Shown: piece after piece, positions 44,285 through 51,793 of the stretch | Numbering within the stretch: the stretch's first letter is position 1 | How the letters are laid out: each line of letters begins with the position of its first letter | Assembly: GCA_024278075.1 (NCBI GenBank) | Contig: JAJRTW010000098.1 | Location: 1 to 58,002 of the forward strand | DNA: 58,002 nucleotides | Source: Bacteroidota bacterium | GTDB taxonomy: Bacteria > Bacteroidota > Ignavibacteria > Kapaibacteriales > UBA2268 | Direction: 5' to 3' | Position numbers and translations under genes: made by a program | Notes under the pieces: generated by a model | The model's input: the letters and a program-made list of their open reading frames with translations, nothing else | Database searches by the model: none | What the model was told of the DNA's origin: nothing

Positions 44285-45082
44285 ATGAGAATTATTGCAA
44301 CAGTATTAACAATATTAACAATATTAGCATTCTTTACGTATCAAAGCCCGGCGCAGGAAACCATTAGAATTGGCCTTATGATAACCACCGAAGCAAATGA
44401 ACGATTTGACAACATTGTCTTCGGCACCGATCAAAGAGCAACATTAGGCCTTGACACAGAATTGGGAGAGAGAGATTATCCGGGATGGCCCTGGAATTCA
44501 CTCCATGCCTTTGTGGTCGTAGTTGATCCGCAAACCAATGAAGAGTATTATTCTTACAAGAATTTCAAGCCCTTCCCGGAGGATACCAATAAGTTCTATG
44601 CCGAATATGGGCTTACGGTTAACCCGTATATAGGAGAAAATATAACCGTTACATGGGGCATCTTGCCTGCCGCGATAGACTCGGCATATTTTACAAAGCC
44701 CTATCCTACGGGCGACCTTTTTTCAATCAATATGAAAGAAAACAAGTCATATACATATAATTACATGGATTATGGCAAACCGACTAAAACCCTTTTCAAA
44801 GTGTGGTTCTCCAGGGATATTAATAATATTGACGAAGCCACAGGTGCAAATGGAACCATATCACTATACCCGAATCCGGCCGCCGATGTTCTGACACTGC
44901 GGAATATACGGGATAAATCAAGATATACGATTTATAACATACTTGGCGAAGTGGCAAAGCAGGGTTTGCTTGGCCAGAAGATTAGCCAAATCAATATTCA
45001 AAATTTTCAAGCCGGCTATTATTATATTAAGATAGCCGATAATTACGGAAATCAACTAAATAGAAGTTTTCTAAAGAAATAA
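44285..45082 (+). CDS. Small T9SS cargo protein of unknown function
   Basis: 265-aa ORF with signal peptide. C-terminal ISLYPNPAADVLTLRNI...YTIYNILGEV...GYYYIKI T9SS CTD. Confidence 0.75.
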   Translation: MRIIATVLTILTILAFFTYQSPAQETIRIGLMITTEANERFDNIVFGTDQRATLGLDTELGERDYPGWPWNSLHAFVVVVDPQTNEEYYSYKNFKPFPEDTNKFYAEYGLTVNPYIGENITVTWGILPAAIDSAYFTKPYPTGDLFSINMKENKSYTYNYMDYGKPTKTLFKVWFSRDINNIDEATGANGTISLYPNPAADVLTLRNIRDKSRYTIYNILGEVAKQGLLGQKISQINIQNFQAGYYYIKIADNYGNQLNRSFLKK

Positions 45083-45147
45083 AGTATATTAGCATCACGC
45101 TTTAATTGGCGGCAGCAGGAATTATATCATAGATAATTCGTCATAGA

Positions 45148-46260
45148 ATGCCCGGCAATAATAAAACATTCGTTTCTTTAGAAGCAATAGGGAGCAAAAT
45201 CAAAGTGGGAAAAGACACACAAGACCGAAGTACAAAAAGCAAACAAACACAGAAAAAGCCCGAAAGGGATTTCAAAGCAACTCGCAGCAGGCCAAAATAT
45301 CAGAATCAAAGAAATATTCGCTCGAAACAATCATCCTTTCTTTCAGTCGTTATTCCACTGTACAATGAAGAGGAATCGCTGCCGGAGCTATCGCTTCATC
45401 TACAGGAGGAACTGGAGAAGCTGGTTAACAAGAATTATGAAGTCATTTTCGTTGATGATGGCTCGACGGACCGTTCTTTCTTGGTGATAAAAGAAATAAA
45501 CAAAAGAAACAGTAAGTTCAAAGCCATTAGGTTTCGCAGAAATCATGGCAAATCCGCTGCTTTGGCCGTGGGTTTCAAGCAGGCAAAGGGCAATATTGTA
45601 ATCACCATGGACGCTGACCTGCAGGACGACCCTTCGGAAATTAAGAATCTAATAATGAAAATTCGTGCGGGCAATGACCTGGTCACCGGATGGAAGAAAA
45701 AGCGCAAAGACCCAATTAGCAAAACGCTGCCCTCTAAGTTTTTTAATTTTGTTACTTCGATAGTTAGCGGCGTGAAACTCCATGACTTCAACTGTGGGCT
45801 GAAAGCATATCGCAAAGAAGTAGTGGACAGCCTGCAGGTATATGGCGAAATGCACAGGTACCTGCCTGCCCTGGCGCATCTCGACGGCTTCAAGGTGGCC
45901 GAAACCCCCGTTGTGCATCATGCCAGGCTGTACGGGAAATCAAAATTCGGTGCCTCGCGATTTATAAAAGGTTTCCTCGACCTGCTGACCGTAATGTTCA
46001 TAACCAGGTTTATGAAAAGGCCATCGCATTTCTTTGGCGGCCTGGGCTCATTATTTGCCATAACCGGACTGATTATTGATTCCGTTCTCAGCATTCAATG
46101 GGCAATGGGGCTTACATCGCTAAGCAACCGACCGCTTGCATTATTTGGGATTGCACTGATAATTGTTGGAGTTCAGTTAATATCAATGGGGCTGATCGGA
46201 GAGCTAATAATTAAAAATAATTTCCATAACGTTCAATATAGTATTAAGGAACGGTTATAA
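45148..46260 (+). CDS. GT2-family polyprenyl-phosphate glycosyltransferase (GtrB/ArnC/DPM1-like) with basic N-terminal extension
   Basis: 370-aa ORF. VVIPLYNEEESL, VDDGSTD, ITMDADLQDDP motifs and two C-terminal TM helices. About 64 Lys/Arg/Gln-rich residues precede the GT-A domain. Confidence 0.85.
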   Translation: MPGNNKTFVSLEAIGSKIKVGKDTQDRSTKSKQTQKKPERDFKATRSRPKYQNQRNIRSKQSSFLSVVIPLYNEEESLPELSLHLQEELEKLVNKNYEVIFVDDGSTDRSFLVIKEINKRNSKFKAIRFRRNHGKSAALAVGFKQAKGNIVITMDADLQDDPSEIKNLIMKIRAGNDLVTGWKKKRKDPISKTLPSKFFNFVTSIVSGVKLHDFNCGLKAYRKEVVDSLQVYGEMHRYLPALAHLDGFKVAETPVVHHARLYGKSKFGASRFIKGFLDLLTVMFITRFMKRPSHFFGGLGSLFAITGLIIDSVLSIQWAMGLTSLSNRPLALFGIALIIVGVQLISMGLIGELIIKNNFHNVQYSIKERL

Positions 46261-46278
46261 GATATTTATGAGGATTAT

Positions 46279-47046
46279 ATGAGGTTTGCTAAGGTTTGGA
46301 ATTACTTCTTCCCGCTATTAATTTTGTGCTTATTTCTAATATCATCAACGGCACAATCGCAGTTCGACCGGGATTATAAGATTGCCCTCGGGCTATCCAC
46401 CGTCAAGCTGATGGGAGAGAATCCGGGCGGGTTCAGGATATTTCGTTTTCCCGACAGCAATAAACCTTTGGGGGGGAGTTTCGACCAATCGCAACCGGGC
46501 ATTGAATTAAGATTAACGATGCCGATAGATGAAGGCCAGACCTTCCGATTCCCTGTTGGCATTGACTATCAATTTTACTCGGCCAAAGAAGTGGCGGCCG
46601 CCGGCCCCTACTATGTAAAACTTCACCACAGGCTGGATGTTCTATCGGCTTATTTCGGCATTCATTGGGTTTTTGTTAAGTTCCCGCTTGCCAACGCACT
46701 CGGGTATATCGGCCTGGAAGCCAGAACGTCGTATATCAATGGTGTTTCCTTGGAATGGGAAAGAGTTTTTACTGTCTACGATATTCCGACAATAAAAGGG
46801 GATTATCCCACGAAATATAGTGGGAAGGTGAATGCTTTGCGTTTTGGTGGAAGTTTACGCATAGGTATCGAAGGGGATTTGGTTGATCGTTTTCAGATTA
46901 ATCCCAGTGTTGCCTTCTCAATTATGAACCTTTTGAATCGTAATAATGACCGTGGAGAACTAATAACCTTTTCAAAACGTGATGAATCTGGTGAGTCATT
47001 CGTTTACAATTATCATATCTCGATTCTAATTCAATATAAGCTCTGA
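46279..47046 (+). CDS. Putative outer-membrane beta-barrel protein
   Basis: 255-aa ORF with signal peptide, alternating hydrophobic beta-strand pattern and Tyr-rich C-terminal strand (ISILIQYKL). No family recognised. Confidence 0.5.
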   Translation: MRFAKVWNYFFPLLILCLFLISSTAQSQFDRDYKIALGLSTVKLMGENPGGFRIFRFPDSNKPLGGSFDQSQPGIELRLTMPIDEGQTFRFPVGIDYQFYSAKEVAAAGPYYVKLHHRLDVLSAYFGIHWVFVKFPLANALGYIGLEARTSYINGVSLEWERVFTVYDIPTIKGDYPTKYSGKVNALRFGGSLRIGIEGDLVDRFQINPSVAFSIMNLLNRNNDRGELITFSKRDESGESFVYNYHISILIQYKL

Positions 47047-47049
47047 TTT

Positions 47050-48147
47050 ATGAACCAGGCGAATTTAGTTTATAAGCCCGAATGCGAACACTTCAGGGGG
47101 TATATGCCATGTATGCCTCATAAAGAATTCGGTGTGCATTGCAGCCAATGCGAACACTTTTTGCCAAAGGAAAAGCATCTGCTGGTAATTAAGCTTGGGG
47201 CCGCCGGCGACGTTATAAGGACAACCGCCCTGCTTCGCAGAATCCGGAAACAATATCCCGATTTGTTAGTTTGGTGGCTCACATATTCACCGGAAATTGT
47301 CCCGGCAATAGTCGATAAGGTACTCCCGTTTTCGCTCGAATCCGAGATTGTCCTTCGGGAAACCGAATTCGATGTGCTTATCAATCTGGACAAAGACCTG
47401 CAGGCCTGTGCATTGGCAAAAGGAATAAAAGCAAAAAGTAAATTTGGCTTCACTCTGAAGAATGGCCGGCCGGCACCGGCAAACCAGCTGGCAGAGCACA
47501 AATTCCTTACCGGCCTGTTCGATGACGTAAATAAAGCAAATACTAAGTCTTACCTCGAGGAAATTTTTGAAATTGCCGGCTGGGAATTCTCCGGCGAAGA
47601 ATATATTCTTGATTGCGACAGGTCGGTTCCGTGGGATATTCCAAGCGGAGGCAAAAAGATAATCGGCCTGAATACCGGATGCGGAGACCGTTGGGTGTCC
47701 CGGATGTGGAGCGATGGCAACTGGATAGAACTAATCAAACGGCTGCAAAAAGTGGGCTATTTCCCGATGCTGCTGGGCGGCAAACAGGAACACGCTAAGA
47801 ATAGCCAATTCGCCCAATCGACTAATTCTTTCTATACGGGGTATTTTAGCCTGAAGGAATTCATCTCGCTTGTGGATAAGTGCTCGCTGGTTGTTTCGGC
47901 TGTTACGATGGGGATGCACATTGCCATCGGCCTGAAGAAACCGCTGGTGCTGATGAACAATATATTCAACCCAAATGAATTCGAGCTTTACGGCCGGGGG
48001 GAGATCGTGCAGCCTGCGAAGCAATGCAAATGCTTCTTTAGCCCCAAGTGCAAGAATGAGGAATATTGCTGTATGGACCATTTAAGCCCGGACTCGATTT
48101 TCGATGCTATAGAGCGGAGCCTTGAGATAAAAGAAGAAGAAACATAA
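47050..48147 (+). CDS. GT9-family (heptosyltransferase-like) glycosyltransferase with terminal Cys clusters
   Basis: 365-aa ORF. LVIKLGAAGDVIRTTALLRRIRKQYPD and GLNTGCG...LLGG...SAVTMGMHIAIGLKKP are typical GT9 motifs. Extra Cys clusters at the N-terminus (C-x8-C-x10-C-x2-C) and C-terminus (C-x-C-x6-C-x6-CC). Confidence 0.8.
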   Translation: MNQANLVYKPECEHFRGYMPCMPHKEFGVHCSQCEHFLPKEKHLLVIKLGAAGDVIRTTALLRRIRKQYPDLLVWWLTYSPEIVPAIVDKVLPFSLESEIVLRETEFDVLINLDKDLQACALAKGIKAKSKFGFTLKNGRPAPANQLAEHKFLTGLFDDVNKANTKSYLEEIFEIAGWEFSGEEYILDCDRSVPWDIPSGGKKIIGLNTGCGDRWVSRMWSDGNWIELIKRLQKVGYFPMLLGGKQEHAKNSQFAQSTNSFYTGYFSLKEFISLVDKCSLVVSAVTMGMHIAIGLKKPLVLMNNIFNPNEFELYGRGEIVQPAKQCKCFFSPKCKNEEYCCMDHLSPDSIFDAIERSLEIKEEET

Positions 48148-48190
48148 AAGGAGTCTTAAAATAGCCGCTTGCTGGTAAAAATATTCCACT

Positions 48191-48964
48191 TCATTCCACT
48201 ACACCTTCCTCATCCCTGCCGAAAATCTTAATGGCACTGATTTCCGGAACCAATTGATGATAATACAAAAGATGAAAGGTGTGCAATAATGCCTCTTCCA
48301 TACTATCTTCCCACATCCAGGCCAGGCTGCCCTTTCTGTAGTCGTATCTTTCGTCAATAATATTGCTCGGGCCGAGGTCATCCTCGGCAAAGGCCCTGAC
48401 GGTGCTTTCTATGCCATCCGGTGCTTCTTCGTTGCGCACTATCCAAAAAGCCAATGGCAACGGCGTTTCATAGCTCACAAACCATTCCTCGCTGATGTCT
48501 AAGGAATTATCCCCGTGATGGCTGGCACTCCAGAGCATAGCCGAGTCAAATTTTTTCAACAATTCATCTTTGCTGCCACCGGACTTGAATAATTCGGCCT
48601 GAATGCCAAATCGCTCTGCCAAAAGGATTTTCCCGATTTTCATAATAAAATCCTCCGGCTGGGCCGAAGCAATAGTTCTGATTGCCGGCAGGCCCTCGGC
48701 GAAAAACAGCGAAGTTAATTGACTATATCCCGAACTGAAGAGAACCGGCCCGGGTAGAATCCTGAAATCGGCCACATCCGGCCCGGAAGCATATCCCAAC
48801 GGAGTGACCAGCGCAGCATCCACCCTGTTTTCGAGCATCATTTCATTGCATTTGCCCTCGGGCAGGGCAAGCAACTCATAGCCCTTATCCCTGCAAATAC
48901 TTTGGGCATTGGCAACTAATTTCGAATATATTGGATTAGATGGTATGGCGATTCTTGTTTTCAT
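48191..48964 (-). CDS. MqnA/MqnD-like periplasmic-binding-fold protein (futalosine-pathway chorismate dehydratase-like)
   Basis: 257-aa ORF. N-terminal IAIPSNPIYSKL and EMMLENRVDAALVTPLGYA resemble MqnA family motifs. Assignment by motif memory only. Confidence 0.45.
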   Translation of the reverse strand: MKTRIAIPSNPIYSKLVANAQSICRDKGYELLALPEGKCNEMMLENRVDAALVTPLGYASGPDVADFRILPGPVLFSSGYSQLTSLFFAEGLPAIRTIASAQPEDFIMKIGKILLAERFGIQAELFKSGGSKDELLKKFDSAMLWSASHHGDNSLDISEEWFVSYETPLPLAFWIVRNEEAPDGIESTVRAFAEDDLGPSNIIDERYDYRKGSLAWMWEDSMEEALLHTFHLLYYHQLVPEISAIKIFGRDEEGVVE

Positions 48965-49198
48965 AGGCTTATTGGTTTTTCAGTATTGCAATGGTCTATA
49001 ATCGCAAATTTATTAATATCTGATAAATTAATTGCAACTTAATATTATCAAGGATTTTTTATAATTTGGAAAAAGAGAATATGGCAGAATGGCTTTGATA
49101 AATAATTATCGACAAGATTATCAAAGCAAATTCCGGGAATAACACACAGGGAATTGTACATAGCCCTGAACGGCAACGAAATAGTAAATCACAACAAA

Positions 49199-49876
49199 AT
49201 GACAAATCACAACAAAACAGCAGTGGTTCTGATGAGCGGCGGGATGGATTCGGCGCTGTGTGCTGCAATAGCCAAGCGCGATGGCTATCGTATTGCAGCC
49301 CTGCATTTAAGCTATGCCCAAAGAACCGAAAGCAAGGAGCGTGAATGCTTCGAGAAACTGGCAGATCATTTTGGCGTTGTTAAGAAATTGATTGTCGATA
49401 TAGATTACCTGTCGAAAATTGGCGGGTCGAGCCTGACAGATAATAATATTGAAGTGGCCCGGGCGGACTTGCAGAATTCCGGCATTCCGTCGAGCTATGT
49501 GCCATTCAGGAATGCCAATATGCTGGCCATCGCAACCAGCTGGGCTGAAGCAATTGGCGCCCCGGCCATTTACATCGGAGCAATACAGGAGGACTCCAGC
49601 GGCTATCCCGACACGAGGAAAGTATTTATCGATGCATTCCAACTGGCAGTCACCGCCGGCACCAAACCCGAAACCAATATAATTATTTATACGCCGATAA
49701 TAGACTTGGCCAAGAGCGAGATCGTTACTATGGGGCTTGGCCTTGGGGTGCCGTTCGGGCTCACCTGGAGCTGCTATAAATCATGCGAACCCGCCTGCGG
49801 CCAGTGCGATTCATGCATGCTTCGGCTGAGGGGGTTTGCCGCCGCCGGAATAGAAGACCCGATAAGGTATCGATGA
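49199..49876 (+). CDS. queC: 7-cyano-7-deazaguanine synthase
   Basis: AVVLMSGGMDSALCAA PP-loop, VPFRNANMLAIA and C-terminal Zn cluster SCYKSCEPACGQCDSCMLR. Start placed at the ATG at 49199 (MTNHNKTAVVL) rather than the upstream ORF start. Confidence 0.9.
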   Translation: MTNHNKTAVVLMSGGMDSALCAAIAKRDGYRIAALHLSYAQRTESKERECFEKLADHFGVVKKLIVDIDYLSKIGGSSLTDNNIEVARADLQNSGIPSSYVPFRNANMLAIATSWAEAIGAPAIYIGAIQEDSSGYPDTRKVFIDAFQLAVTAGTKPETNIIIYTPIIDLAKSEIVTMGLGLGVPFGLTWSCYKSCEPACGQCDSCMLRLRGFAAAGIEDPIRYR

Positions 49877-50124
49877 CAGCGGAGCAATTAATTAGTGGAA
49901 ATGATAAGAAAAAGCATCCGCGATCGAAAGCATGTGGCAATTGAAATCGATACATAGCAACGGGTTTTAGGTTGTGGTAGAACAATTAGAACTAAATATC
50001 TGTGATAATCAAAAAATCCGATTCAATGTTTTGTCAGTTTATGGAAAACACTTATATTTGTAATCCTGTTAATTGTTAGAAAGATAAAGACAGAAATAAA
50101 TATTTTTTTTATTAGTGAGGGATC

Positions 50125-50727
50125 ATGAATTATAACGGGCCAAAAGTGAAGCTATCCCGGAAGATAGGGATAATGATGACACCCAAAGCAAGCAAATACG
50201 CTGCAAAGAAGTCCTATCCACCCGGGCAGCATGGCAATTCGAGGCGCCGTACGAAACAATCCGATTATGGCAAACAGCTGCTTGAAAAGCAGAGGCTGCG
50301 CATTCAATATAATATTGTTGAAAGGCAAATGCTGAATTATTATAAGCAAGCCTCCAAATTAGTTGGCAATACCGGCGACCTGCTGGTGCAATTGCTCGAG
50401 GCCAGGCTGGACGCTTTGGTATTCCGCTCCGGGCTTGCCAGATCGATTTACGCCGCCCGCCAATACGTTCGCCACGGGCATATACTTGTAAATGGCAAGA
50501 GGGTGGACATCCCGTCATATAAACTGAATGCCAACGATAAGGTTGCTATTAAAGAGAAGAGCCGCAAGATAGACGCTATTCAGGAGGCTCTGAGATCAGC
50601 TTCTCCGCCGCCATATTTAGATATGTCCAAGGCTGATTTCTCATTCACATTGCTTTATGTTCCACCGAGAGAGGAAGTGCCGGTTCAGTGCGAAGTTCCT
50701 CTTGTTGTTGAGTTTTATTCCCGATAA
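50125..50727 (+). CDS. rpsD: 30S ribosomal protein S4
   Basis: 200-aa ORF. PGQHG...SDYGKQLLEKQRLRIQY, the S4 RNA-binding domain (RLDALVFRSGLARSIYAARQYVRHGHILVNGKRVDIPSY) and C-terminal VVEFYSR. Confidence 0.95.
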   Translation: MNYNGPKVKLSRKIGIMMTPKASKYAAKKSYPPGQHGNSRRRTKQSDYGKQLLEKQRLRIQYNIVERQMLNYYKQASKLVGNTGDLLVQLLEARLDALVFRSGLARSIYAARQYVRHGHILVNGKRVDIPSYKLNANDKVAIKEKSRKIDAIQEALRSASPPPYLDMSKADFSFTLLYVPPREEVPVQCEVPLVVEFYSR

Positions 50728-50750
50728 TAAGATAAATTTTAATAAAAAAG

Positions 50751-50783
50751 CCTTCTGCAGCCAAAAACAGAAGGTTTTTTTTT
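50751..50783 (+). terminator. Rho-independent terminator after rpsD
   Basis: CCTTCTG-N10-CAGAAGG followed by T9. Confidence 0.8.
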
Positions 50784-50945
50784 GTATATACCGAAAATTA
50801 TTATAAATTCGCAAAAATTAACAATAACAGTAGTTTATTTTCGGTATTAAACCGGAAAGGGATTGACCCTGGTAGAAGAACGAACGATACTAAATTTGAA
50901 ATTTTATTTATCATGTAATGATAAGAAACAGTATGGAGGAATTAG

Positions 50946-51185
50946 ATGTTTTGGACACCTGAATTAGCCAAAACGCTTGAGGATGCGCCCTGGCCGTCGA
51001 CTAAGGACGAGCTTTTCGATTATGCTAATCGGACAGGTTGCCCCCAGCAGGTACTTGACAATATTCTCGAATTGGAAGACACCGACGAATATGTTGAAGG
51101 AATGGAGGATTTGTGGCCTGAGTACGAAGACATTACCACAGAGGAATATTTCTATAATGATGATGAAGAAGAGCAATATTTCTAA
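50946..51185 (+). CDS. DUF2795-family small acidic protein
   Basis: 79-aa ORF with WPSTKDELFDYANRTGCPQQVLDNILEL, matching the DUF2795 pattern. Followed by a T-rich hairpin region near 51220-51270. Confidence 0.65.
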   Translation: MFWTPELAKTLEDAPWPSTKDELFDYANRTGCPQQVLDNILELEDTDEYVEGMEDLWPEYEDITTEEYFYNDDEEEQYF

Positions 51186-51793
51186 TCTTGCCGGTTATTT
51201 CTTTTAAATTTATTAATATGGGAAGGGTGATAGCACTTTTCCCTTATTTTTTTTATTTTTTTTCTTAACTTGATGTTTATTATTTAATATCTTTAACACG
51301 AATATTTCGGGCATTTCTCCCTCAGGCCGGTATCTGTTTAGAAATATATGAGTTAGGCAGATAGCATGGTAATCAGGTCGGCAAAATTAAGGTCTGCTTC
51401 TTGCAGCTTATCGTTTGCCTGCCATGTATCTTGGGCATATTAGGAATAATGCGGGTTATATTATTAAATAGACTCTGCGAAGAATCTATAACTTTATACA
51501 TTTTAAGTGTTTATAGATTCTTCACTACGCTCCGCCACAAGTGGCCCGGCTCCATTCAGAATGACAAAAATGTCCGAAGTATTGTTAATAACGATGGCTG
51601 CTTTACACTCGAAACCAAACACCGAGGCTGTGTGAAAAGGCTTATTGAATGTCGTTGTATGTTGCAAAGGGCAAATGCTTAAAAAAGAGTAAGGGGCACG
51701 GCATGTCGGGCCAATACTAGTTGCTGGTTGTAGCAACCGCCGGAACAGAAAATTATTACTCTGAACTTTTTATGAATCCATATTCCGGAATCC

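Noticed and set aside
51361-51400. SRP-RNA-like string (TCAGGTCGGCAAAATTAAGGTCTGC)
   Set aside because: It does not contain the conserved GGAAGGAAGCAGCC-type domain IV core and lacks the flanking helix.
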